IMG/VR virus record: IMGVR_UViG_3300013383_000026
Location: 1-64,000 of that record
Source: a virus
Lineage: Duplodnaviria; Caudoviricetes
DNA: 64,000 nt
Direction: 5' to 3' (one strand)
A program made the position numbers and the translations under genes. The notes below the pieces were generated by a model. The model had not been told where the DNA came from. It saw only the letters and a list, made by a program, of their open reading frames with translations, and made no database searches. The number at the start of each line of letters is the position of its first letter. The first letter of the stretch is position 1. Positions 18,900-27,697 of the stretch are shown one piece after another.

Positions 18900-18986
18900 A
18901 TGAATCCAGACGTGGTAATATTTAGCATAGCAATGTTTATGGGCGTTATTTTAGCATTAAACTGGAACGATATAAGACGTAGATAA
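18900..18986 (+). CDS. 28-aa membrane peptide
   Basis: RBS AGGAGG; MNPDVVIFSIAMFMGVILALNWNDIRRR. Confidence 0.45.
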   Translation: MNPDVVIFSIAMFMGVILALNWNDIRRR

Positions 18987-19000
18987 AGGAGCTGCTTATT

Positions 19001-19267
19001 ATGACTGAAAAAGATTTGGAAATCCAAGAACTTAAAGCCGAAATAAAAGAGCTTAGAACTAAACTAGGGCAGTATCAAGAGGGGCTAAACTGGACTAGAG
19101 ATAGACTAGTAGAAACTGAAAATACATTAGCTGTTTGTAAGTCGGACTTGCAAAAAGCCGTTGTCTACGACTGCCGTTGTTCTCTTTGTGCTAAAATGTC
19201 TGATTGTGTAAAATCTGATAATGAACTAACACAATATAATTGTTTTAAATGGAGAAGAGAAAAATGA
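19001..19267 (+). CDS. Hypothetical coiled-coil/Cys protein
   Basis: RBS AAGGAG; ends C..C.....FKWR. Confidence 0.65.
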   Translation: MTEKDLEIQELKAEIKELRTKLGQYQEGLNWTRDRLVETENTLAVCKSDLQKAVVYDCRCSLCAKMSDCVKSDNELTQYNCFKWRREK

Positions 19268-19434
19268 GGAATTTTTTGGCGATATTATGTGTTATTGCTC
19301 AGTGGGTGGCATTTGGAATATCTATATATGCCGCTAAGATAGATGGTGGCGCAATGTGGATATTAATATGTATTATATGGGGAGGATTGAGCGTATTAAG
19401 CACAATAGATATAATATCGAGAGGGATGAAATAA
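19264..19434 (+). CDS. Small two-TM membrane protein
   Basis: Two hydrophobic segments. Confidence 0.55.
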   Translation: MRNFLAILCVIAQWVAFGISIYAAKIDGGAMWILICIIWGGLSVLSTIDIISRGMK

Positions 19435-19691
19435 GAGCGCTTGCTATTGCTAGTGGCTCTGTAATATTCATTAACATGTTATTGCCTTTGCTCGATAGTC
19501 TTACAAGTATGGCTATTAGCGCTATAAATAAGACTGTCAATAAATGGTCTTTAGATATGGAACTTGATAAGCGAGAAGCTGAAGCTGCTGCTGAAACAAT
19601 ATCCCCGGCTGGTGCAATTACTCAAGCAATAGGTTTCGAAATTCCTAGTGAATCATATGATGATGAATATTATGAGGAGAAAAAGAGATAA
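19356..19691 (+). CDS. Hypothetical membrane protein (true start uncertain)
   Basis: Hydrophobic segment and acidic tail QAIGFEI...YDDEYYEE. Confidence 0.5.
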   Translation: MDINMYYMGRIERIKHNRYNIERDEIRALAIASGSVIFINMLLPLLDSLTSMAISAINKTVNKWSLDMELDKREAEAAAETISPAGAITQAIGFEIPSESYDDEYYEEKKR

Positions 19692-21092
19692 ATGGTAAAA
19701 GGCAACGGCACAAGCCGACCGTATCTGCATATGATAGGTGGTTCATCTACTGATGTAACTGGCTCAATGCACCATCTGAGATTTAAGAAATATTCATTAC
19801 TTCTTGATTGCGGTATGATACAAGGCGGCGATATAGTCTCAGTATATCAAGCTAATAAAAATCAGATAAAATCAATTAAAGCTAATGAGATAGATTATAT
19901 TATTCTATCTCATGTGCATATAGACCATAGTGGGCTTATACCGGCTTTGTTTGCTAAAGGCTGCAATGCTCATGTATATGTACCAACTGGCTCTATTGAT
20001 TTTCTTAAGTTACTATGGGATGATAGCTTAAAAATTCTTACATCTGATTGTCAAAAGATAGAGGCTAAACATGGTCGTAAAGCAAGCCCACACTATTCGA
20101 CTAATGATATATCTAAGGCATTAATGAGATGTATAGAGGTTGATTTTAATAAGCCATATGAAATCAATGATTCTATTAGTTTTACTTATTATCCAGCCGG
20201 TCATATTATTAACTCAGCTCAAGTTATGATTGAGTTAAAAGAGGGCAACATAGCTAAACGGATAGGGTATACCGGCGATATAGGCGGAAATACATCTCGT
20301 CCTTATGTTGACGATAAGCAGATATTACCATTTGTTGATGTACTGATAGGCGAGAATACATATAATAGTCCAGCTCGACCTAATAGCATTAAAGACCGAC
20401 CTAAGGATGAAGAAAAATTAATATCTATTATAAACGAATATAGTAAAATATTAATTCCAACATTTTCTTTAGGCCGCACTCAAGAGATATTGACTGTGCT
20501 ATATAATCTTTGGAATAGAGATAAATTAGCTTGGCCGTTATCGGTATATCTTGATAGTCCATTGGCAAGCAAGATTAATTCTATTTGGCCTGATTCATAT
20601 GAGTGGGATAAAATAAGCCATTGGCCTAATTTGAAAGTTATTGATTCATGGGAATCATCTGTTCTTCTACAAGAATCTAAAGCTCATTGTGTAATCATAA
20701 GTGCGTCCGGGTTTCTTCAGGGCGGGAGAATAATGAATCATCTTAAAACGGCTCTACCTCATTCAAATAATCATCTTATATTTGTTGGATATGCTGGTGA
20801 TAACAATCTTGCGAGTCAAATTAAATCTGGTCAAAAAGAAGTAATGATTGATGGGGTATTGGTACCCAATAGAGCAAATATTACCGAGCTTCGCTCATTT
20901 TCGTCCCATGCCAGTTATGAAGAATTGATGGATTATTATGTTAATCGATGTCGGTATAACAAAATCGCATTAGTACATGGCAACTATGAGGATAAAGTAG
21001 AATTTGCTCATACGCTACAAGATGAACTCATATCTCAAGGCAAATCGGCAAGAGTAGTTTGTACTCAAGAAAATCAAAAAATATACATATAA
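19692..21092 (+). CDS. MBL-fold beta-CASP nuclease (Ysh1/RNase J-like family)
   Basis: LLDCG, SHVHIDHSG (HxHxDH), AGHI, TGDIG, PTFSLGRTQE, SASG, FSSHA, LVHG. Confidence 0.88.
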   Translation: MVKGNGTSRPYLHMIGGSSTDVTGSMHHLRFKKYSLLLDCGMIQGGDIVSVYQANKNQIKSIKANEIDYIILSHVHIDHSGLIPALFAKGCNAHVYVPTGSIDFLKLLWDDSLKILTSDCQKIEAKHGRKASPHYSTNDISKALMRCIEVDFNKPYEINDSISFTYYPAGHIINSAQVMIELKEGNIAKRIGYTGDIGGNTSRPYVDDKQILPFVDVLIGENTYNSPARPNSIKDRPKDEEKLISIINEYSKILIPTFSLGRTQEILTVLYNLWNRDKLAWPLSVYLDSPLASKINSIWPDSYEWDKISHWPNLKVIDSWESSVLLQESKAHCVIISASGFLQGGRIMNHLKTALPHSNNHLIFVGYAGDNNLASQIKSGQKEVMIDGVLVPNRANITELRSFSSHASYEELMDYYVNRCRYNKIALVHGNYEDKVEFAHTLQDELISQGKSARVVCTQENQKIYI

Positions 21093-21156
21093 ATACTTGA
21101 CAAAATGACCTCTTTATGATAAAATTAATTTACAATCTATAAGGAGGTCATTTCTT

Positions 21157-21381
21157 ATGTTTAATGAGTACGAAACCAGAATATGCGAAGATTGTTTGCA
21201 CAAGCCCGTTTGTGTTTATTTGCTTGTAAAGGGCACAACAAGTGAATGCGACTTTAAACAGACAAGAGAGCAGATAGTTAAAAGCTTAAAAAAGAATAAT
21301 CTGAACTGGCGAAGAAAATGTCAGAGGCTTAGAGCTAAGAATAGAAAGCTTCGGGCTAAAATCAATGAGGTGATTAGTTGA
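21157..21381 (+). CDS. Hypothetical protein
   Basis: Own promoter and RBS AAGGAGG. Confidence 0.7.
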   Translation: MFNEYETRICEDCLHKPVCVYLLVKGTTSECDFKQTREQIVKSLKKNNLNWRRKCQRLRAKNRKLRAKINEVIS

Positions 21382-23021
21382 AAGTTAATCCTAAACTGCC
21401 CCAAGTTTCAAGCGGTACATTTATCAATGATTATCTATCAACTTGTGGCGTAAAAGATATAGATAAATATCTTTGTCCAGATAATAGTTGTTTTGATTCA
21501 CCTTGGGATTACCTCAATATGGAAGAAGCCGTCGAGTTATTAAATGTAGCTATACGTGACGAACGTGTAATAGGGATATTGGTCGATTCTGACCTCGATG
21601 GTTGTGCTTCCGCAGCTCTAATGACAATATTCCTAAGGATGCATCTTAGAACAAAACGAATCGACCCTATCATATTTCAACATACTGGCAAGCAACATGG
21701 GTTAAATGATGTATTAGACGATATAATAAACTCGTCTGTTGATTTACTTATAATTCCAGATGCTAGTTCCAATGATAGGGCTGAATGTATGGCATTGGCT
21801 CAACATCATATTAGAACTATTGTCCTTGACCATCACGAAATATTAAATAGCAATCCATACGCCATAGTAGTAAATCATCATTTAGGCAATGGACTTAATA
21901 CGGCTCTTAGTGGCACTGGCGTAACAGATAAATTCGTTAGAGCATATTGTGACAAATATGGTTATAGTAGACCGTTTTTTGATGATTTAGTTGCTATTAG
22001 TCTCATATCTGATGTATGTGATATAACAACATTAGAAAATCGAGCCTATCTGTATAGTGGGTTAAATAATGTTACCAACCCATTCTTACGATTATTGTTT
22101 GAAAAGAATGGTAAAAAATATGGCTATACACCTGAAGCTATAGCATGGGGTATTGCGCCGTTGGCTAATGCATTAGCAAGAGTTGATAATCAAGAGACTA
22201 AATTGTTGTTCTTTAAGGCTCTTGTAGGTGATATAGATGGCAATGAGGCACTAACAGATTTAAGGCGAATTAAACGTCAGCAAGATGAAGCGGTTAAATT
22301 AGCTACTAATATCATCGAGCCAAAATTAAATCTTGACCATAAGGTAATTATTGGGTTTGGTGATGTAGAGGATAAAAATTATCTTGGCTTAATAGCTAAT
22401 AAATTTGTTAGTAAATATAATAAGCCAACTATATTGCTTAGAGAGTCTAATAATACAACATGGTCTGGCTCGTTGCGTAGTCCAGTTGAATTAGCCGATA
22501 AAATCAATACATCTAAGTTTGCTAAAGCTATAGGGCATCAATCGGCTTGTGGCATAGTAGTTAAGAAATCACAGCTAAGGCGACTTGCTAATTGGCTTGA
22601 TTCACTTGACTTAGATGTTCAGCCCGATATACCTGTTACGGCTATTGTTGATTTTAACGATATATCTGTTGAGTTGTGTGAAATAATAGATTCTAATAGG
22701 CAATTATGGGGGCATGGCTTAGATTCGCCTACATTTTACATATCTACTATTGTTACTCAAGACAATATGGCTGTGTTCAAAAAGAGTACAAATACCATTA
22801 GAATATCACTGGGAAATTTAACTTGTTTGAAGTTTTTTGCTAAAGATGAAGATATATCCATGCTGACAAGTAAAAAAAAAATTAGGCTTGAAATGATAGT
22901 AAAAAACTGTAAGGTTAATGATTATAATAATGTTTTTACGCCCCAATGTGAAATAGATAGGTATGAAATAAGTGACGTTGAAGATGGCAATGAATTAAGT
23001 TGGGAGGATTTGTTTAAGTAA
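21378..23021 (+). CDS. recJ: RecJ-like ssDNA exonuclease (DHH family)
   Basis: DSDLDG, IIPDASS, LDHH, LSGTG, GSLRS, GHQSACG. Confidence 0.88.
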   Translation: MKVNPKLPQVSSGTFINDYLSTCGVKDIDKYLCPDNSCFDSPWDYLNMEEAVELLNVAIRDERVIGILVDSDLDGCASAALMTIFLRMHLRTKRIDPIIFQHTGKQHGLNDVLDDIINSSVDLLIIPDASSNDRAECMALAQHHIRTIVLDHHEILNSNPYAIVVNHHLGNGLNTALSGTGVTDKFVRAYCDKYGYSRPFFDDLVAISLISDVCDITTLENRAYLYSGLNNVTNPFLRLLFEKNGKKYGYTPEAIAWGIAPLANALARVDNQETKLLFFKALVGDIDGNEALTDLRRIKRQQDEAVKLATNIIEPKLNLDHKVIIGFGDVEDKNYLGLIANKFVSKYNKPTILLRESNNTTWSGSLRSPVELADKINTSKFAKAIGHQSACGIVVKKSQLRRLANWLDSLDLDVQPDIPVTAIVDFNDISVELCEIIDSNRQLWGHGLDSPTFYISTIVTQDNMAVFKKSTNTIRISLGNLTCLKFFAKDEDISMLTSKKKIRLEMIVKNCKVNDYNNVFTPQCEIDRYEISDVEDGNELSWEDLFK

Positions 23022-24109
23022 TGATTTATTTAGACCATGCGGCTACCTGTCCGACAGTAAAATATTCTTGTTCTAATTATGGCTCATTTTTTAATCCTAA
23101 TGCTAACTATGCTTATAAAGAAAAGCAGTTACTGCGAGAATGTGAAGATAGAGTAAGGACAGCTATTGGAGCTAAGAGCGGCAAGATTATTTTTGGTGGT
23201 ACGACTAGCCAGCTGATTGAGAATTTGATGAATGCCGCAGTCAATGAAACTAACTTTTATCACGTTGTGTGTTCTGTTTATGAGCATGATAGTTGTTTTA
23301 GATTTCATCAGAGCACTGTCAACAATGTTGAGTTTCTGGATAGGTTGCTTGAATCTTATCAGAGTTTCCCCGAAGATTATGATAAAGTTTTTGTAATGTG
23401 GCAGGGAGTTAATAATATAACAGGTGAATTTTTTCCCGTCGCGGAGATTGGTAAGTCTTGCCGCAAACACGACGCTTTTTATATCTGCGACATGACTGCT
23501 ATGATTGGACATACATCAATTCCTGATAATATCGATGATTGGTGTGATTGTGCTGTATGGAGTGGACACAAATTGGGAACGGAACTCGGCATCGGGGCTA
23601 TGTGGATTTCTGATGAGCTTGATAAATGGTTCAATGGGTTTAAGCTCCACGGTACGCCCAACCTTGCTGGGGCTTTGGCTGTGGTTCAGGCTGTTGAGGA
23701 AGCTTGTGATAAAGATAGATTAATTAGCTATGAAAATAAATGGTCTGATTTGGTTAATGAGCTTGACAGCAGTTTAGACAAAATAAATATCAAGCATAAT
23801 TTTATTCCGGTTGTGGGAGTAGAGGAAGCTGGCAAACCTTTTGCTTTAGCAATCAATGCTATTCATTTACCCGGAATTAACGCCGATTCTCTTCAACAGT
23901 ATCTTGCTTCTAAACAAATTTATGTCGGAGCAGGGCATAGTTCTTGTGCAGATAGCGCAGATTATATGACGCTAATGAGTGGTTATGGTCTAACCAAACA
24001 AGAATCTAGTGAAGTTATCAGAGTTTCATTTGGCAAGGATAGTAGTGTTGAAGATGTTGTTACACTAGTTGAGGAAATCAAAAATTTTAAGGAGACATAT
24101 ATAGATTGA
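23021..24109 (+). CDS. Cysteine desulfurase-like PLP enzyme (IscS/NifS, aminotransferase class V)
   Basis: IYLDHAAT, EHDS, D.T..IGH, SGHK (PLP lysine), GTPN, GHSSC (catalytic Cys), IRVSFG. Confidence 0.82.
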   Translation: MIYLDHAATCPTVKYSCSNYGSFFNPNANYAYKEKQLLRECEDRVRTAIGAKSGKIIFGGTTSQLIENLMNAAVNETNFYHVVCSVYEHDSCFRFHQSTVNNVEFLDRLLESYQSFPEDYDKVFVMWQGVNNITGEFFPVAEIGKSCRKHDAFYICDMTAMIGHTSIPDNIDDWCDCAVWSGHKLGTELGIGAMWISDELDKWFNGFKLHGTPNLAGALAVVQAVEEACDKDRLISYENKWSDLVNELDSSLDKINIKHNFIPVVGVEEAGKPFALAINAIHLPGINADSLQQYLASKQIYVGAGHSSCADSADYMTLMSGYGLTKQESSEVIRVSFGKDSSVEDVVTLVEEIKNFKETYID

Positions 24110-24348
24110 GCAGAGCAAGAAATTGGCTGAAGAAAGTCAAGAAAACTGATAAACTTGGCAAATCACTGGCTCTAAAATGCCGTTATTGTGGTATGCTTAT
24201 TGGTAAAGAAATATATGATATGGATGAGCCGTGGGGATATACTTGTAAAATTTGTGGCAAGCAACCTTATATTGAACTGAAAGAACTAATAGATAAGAAT
24301 AGGAATTTTAAGCTTAATGAGGTAAATGATGATGCGTGGATATCATAA
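24106..24348 (+). CDS. Hypothetical zinc-ribbon protein
   Basis: CRYC...CKIC. Confidence 0.6.
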   Translation: MSRARNWLKKVKKTDKLGKSLALKCRYCGMLIGKEIYDMDEPWGYTCKICGKQPYIELKELIDKNRNFKLNEVNDDAWIS

Positions 24349-24976
24349 AATAGAAACAGTATTTAATCGTTCTACTGATGGCGATAAGAGACTCGTTTGG
24401 GGCGATTATAGAAATGAAGCTGTTGAGTATCTTGCTGATAATATTTGGCAGTTCACAGAAAAGATAGATGGAACAAATATTAGAATACATTGGGATGGAC
24501 ATGATGTAAAAATAGGCGGCAGAACTGATAGAGCACAGATTCCCAATCATCTCATGGATTATCTGAGCGCAACATTTCTTACACCTGAAGTTGAAGGACT
24601 GTTTGAACAGACTTATGGTGAGAAAGATGTAATTCTGTTTGGTGAAGGCTATGGCGCTAAGATACAAGGCTGTGGCGGTGATTATCGTTCTGATGTATCG
24701 TTTATCCTGTTTGATGTATTGATTGGCGATAATTGGCAGTCTCGTGAATGGGTCGAAGCTACGGCTAAAATGTTCGATGTTGATGTCGTTCCTATTGTTC
24801 TGGAAGGTACTATTGGTGATGGGATAGATTATGTAATGCACCATAATAACTCTACTATTGGCAATGCAATAATGGAAGGCGTTGTTGGTAGACCTAAAGT
24901 TGAAATGAAAGACCGACTCGGCAATAGAATAATCGTTAAAATTAAATGGAAAGATTTTAAGAATTTCGTAGAATAA
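24329..24976 (+). CDS. RNA ligase family protein (Rnl2-like nucleotidyltransferase)
   Basis: TEKIDGTN (motif I KxDG), LFGEGYG, FILFDV, MEGVV, IVKIK. Confidence 0.78.
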   Translation: MMRGYHKIETVFNRSTDGDKRLVWGDYRNEAVEYLADNIWQFTEKIDGTNIRIHWDGHDVKIGGRTDRAQIPNHLMDYLSATFLTPEVEGLFEQTYGEKDVILFGEGYGAKIQGCGGDYRSDVSFILFDVLIGDNWQSREWVEATAKMFDVDVVPIVLEGTIGDGIDYVMHHNNSTIGNAIMEGVVGRPKVEMKDRLGNRIIVKIKWKDFKNFVE

Positions 24977-25037
24977 TACTTGACAACCTCCTTGATTTGT
25001 GATATATTATGGTTACATAAATCAAGGAGGTTATTCA

Positions 25038-25202
25038 ATGAACATCAAAAAATCTGATAAGCTCAAGAAATGCGCAATAGAGATAATAAAATATTGTAAT
25101 AAAACCAAGAATTGTCACGAATGTTGTCTTTGTGTTGATGGATTTTGTCCATTTAATTCCGCTCCAAGTGGATGGGATTTTGAATATGAGGAGGACGAGT
25201 AA
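25038..25202 (+). CDS. Hypothetical Cys-rich protein
   Basis: Own promoter (24980) and RBS AAGGAGG; ATG 25038. Confidence 0.65.
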   Translation: MNIKKSDKLKKCAIEIIKYCNKTKNCHECCLCVDGFCPFNSAPSGWDFEYEEDE

Positions 25203-25468
25203 TGAATAATGGCAACGTGATAACAAGCTTAAATACTCTTGAATGCGACATATGGAAGAGGTATAATTGCATTTGTTCTTTTATAGAAACTTCGCCCAAT
25301 TCTAACAAATTTGAAATTCGTTGCCAATTCAAAGACGCAATTAATTCGTCTTGGACATTTACTTATGTATTTAATATATACGATTTAATAACCAATTACA
25401 ACTCTGTTTTAGGCAAGATTATAATTGAGCTTGAAGAAGAATGGATGAATAGGATATATAGAATATGA
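25202..25468 (+). CDS. Hypothetical protein
   Basis: RBS GAGGAGG; coupled. Confidence 0.6.
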   Translation: MNNGNVITSLNTLECDIWKRYNCICSFIETSPNSNKFEIRCQFKDAINSSWTFTYVFNIYDLITNYNSVLGKIIIELEEEWMNRIYRI

Positions 25469-25631
25469 ATAAGATATATAAATTGGCAGACGATTATATT
25501 GGTACGCTCGATAAGATATGTCATAACCTTGAACTCGCATGGAAAGAGCATTGCCGAAAATTGCTTTATGCCGAAGAAATCTTGACAAATTCACACATAT
25601 CTGATATAATCTCTTATAGAAAAGGGGTGGA

Positions 25632-27323
25632 TTGGAATTGGCTAAATCTGGTTGGGTTGAAATAAAAAAGAAATATAAGATATATTCGACAAGAAAATAT
25701 AATTCTATTAAAAGAATATATTCCAGCCCAGCCGAATTTGAAGCCAAGGTAAGAGCCGAGCCTTATCATATGATACATGAATATCTTGATAAGCCATTCA
25801 AAAACGCCGACACTCTTATTCTTGAGTTATTCCCCGGCTTACACGTATCGCTTGAAAGATGCAAATGGTGCTGTTTATATCTACTTAAACAAAATGAAGC
25901 CAAAGGACATACCAAATTAAGTGCAAGTATATTATTTAATCAAATAAACCAAAACTATCCCGAGCTTATTGATTATGTATATGAAGCTGTTACGACTTGG
26001 GATAGAATATATTATGATAAATCGTCTAAGGCTACAAGTATAGCGAGCACATATTGCAATGAGTCACTTGTTGCCGAAGAGATAAAAAAGCGAACAAACA
26101 ATCCGCTTATTGATAACATGGATTGGCAAAAATATCGTAATATAGATGATATTGAACTTACCGATGAGCAGATGAGTTTGCTTGGGGCTGTTTGTAATAA
26201 TAGTATTGTTATGCTGAATGGCAGCGCCGGATGTGGCAAGACTTCCGCTACAAAAGCATTAACACAAATGCTGTATGATAATGGTAAATCATTTACCCTA
26301 TTAGCTCCAACTGGTATAGCTGCAAAACGGCTTAGGCAAGCAACAGGCAAAGATGCTTCTACTATTCATCGATTTTTAGCAAGTGGGCAATCTATGGGCG
26401 AATATCTTATAATAGACGAAGGGTCGATGCTGGGCATAAATCTATTAGGGCTATTATTTACTAATCTATCCAAAAAGACTAAAATAATTCTTATTTGTGA
26501 TGAAGCTCAGTTAGCATCAATATCTTGTGGCAACATAGTAAAAGATATAATAGATAGTGGCATAGTCCCAATAGTTAATCTGACTCATGTATTTCGATAT
26601 GGTACAAGCGGACTTACAACTATAGCTACTGATGTTCGCACAGGTAAAGAAATATCGCCCGATACAAATTTTGATGATTATTCATTTATTCAAATAGATA
26701 AAAAGCCGATAAATGATATATTAAATGTATATGCCGAATTACTTGAAACATATAAACGAGACGATATATTGATATTATCTCCGTTTAATGTTAGAGAAGC
26801 CGGTACATACGTTATAAATAAAGCCATTCAAGATAAATATAATTCTAATCCAACGTTAACATCGTATAATAGACAGTCTGTTGAAATAGACTTCAAAGCC
26901 GATGATATAATAGTTAATACAGAAAATAACTATCACATGATGGGCGAAAATTTCTCTGATATACCTGTTATGAATGGGGACATTGGCAGAGTATTGGATT
27001 ATTATGAATCGAGTGGGCTGCTTGAGGCTCAGTTTGAAAGCGGCATAGCTTATCTTGAAAAGGGCGATATATATAAGCAACTATTAGGCTATTGTTTAAC
27101 CGTACATAAAGTACAAGGCATGCAAGCCAAAGCCGTAATTGTTGTTATTGATAAAAGTCATGGTTTCTTTTTGACACGAAATTTGTGTTATGTGGCTATG
27201 AGCCGTGCGCAAGAAAAATTGGTAGTAATCGGCGATATAGATACCATAAATGAATCACTAAAAATTCAAGAAGAAAAACGCCGCAATACTTGGCTAAAGG
27301 AGTTGTTAGTAAATGGCAATTAA
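25632..27323 (+). CDS. RecD-like SF1B helicase
   Basis: GSAGCGKT, LAPTG.AA, TIHR, IIDEGSM, DEAQL, FRYG, LTVHKVQG, YVAMSRA. Confidence 0.9.
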   Translation: MELAKSGWVEIKKKYKIYSTRKYNSIKRIYSSPAEFEAKVRAEPYHMIHEYLDKPFKNADTLILELFPGLHVSLERCKWCCLYLLKQNEAKGHTKLSASILFNQINQNYPELIDYVYEAVTTWDRIYYDKSSKATSIASTYCNESLVAEEIKKRTNNPLIDNMDWQKYRNIDDIELTDEQMSLLGAVCNNSIVMLNGSAGCGKTSATKALTQMLYDNGKSFTLLAPTGIAAKRLRQATGKDASTIHRFLASGQSMGEYLIIDEGSMLGINLLGLLFTNLSKKTKIILICDEAQLASISCGNIVKDIIDSGIVPIVNLTHVFRYGTSGLTTIATDVRTGKEISPDTNFDDYSFIQIDKKPINDILNVYAELLETYKRDDILILSPFNVREAGTYVINKAIQDKYNSNPTLTSYNRQSVEIDFKADDIIVNTENNYHMMGENFSDIPVMNGDIGRVLDYYESSGLLEAQFESGIAYLEKGDIYKQLLGYCLTVHKVQGMQAKAVIVVIDKSHGFFLTRNLCYVAMSRAQEKLVVIGDIDTINESLKIQEEKRRNTWLKELLVNGN

Positions 27324-27492
27324 AGTTGATACTATCGGTCAACTTATATCTGTTTTATCAAAATATAACCCTAACACGCCTATTCGCGTCCGTAGAGGTA
27401 ATAAATTAGTTGATATTAGTGACATTATATCTGTCATTGATATAGATAATAGTAAAAACTCAAGTATATGTATATGGATTAAGGAGGATTGA
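27313..27492 (+). CDS. Hypothetical protein (59 aa)
   Basis: RBS AAGGAG; MAIKVDTIGQLISVLSKY..; not in the ORF track. Confidence 0.55.
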   Translation: MAIKVDTIGQLISVLSKYNPNTPIRVRRGNKLVDISDIISVIDIDNSKNSSICIWIKED

Positions 27493-27496
27493 TTAT

Positions 27497-27694
27497 TTGA
27501 TTGTATTGTATTCAACTCATTGTCCTAAGTGTAAGGTGCTCGAAATGAAACTCAAGCAGAAAAATCTATTTTATACAGAAATAGATGATGTAGATACTAT
27601 GCTTAATAAGGGCATCAAGACTGCGCCTTATCTTGAAGTTGATGACAAACTTATGGATTTTAATACAGCAGTGAAGTGGGTGAATAATCAGTAA
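27497..27694 (+). CDS. Glutaredoxin/NrdH-like protein
   Basis: LYSTHCPKC (CxxC), APYLEVD. Confidence 0.8.
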   Translation: MIVLYSTHCPKCKVLEMKLKQKNLFYTEIDDVDTMLNKGIKTAPYLEVDDKLMDFNTAVKWVNNQ

Positions 27695-27697
27695 TAT

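Noticed and set aside
23021-24109. DndA of a phosphorothioate DNA-modification system
   Set aside because: No dndC/D/E or ssp-like genes in the window.
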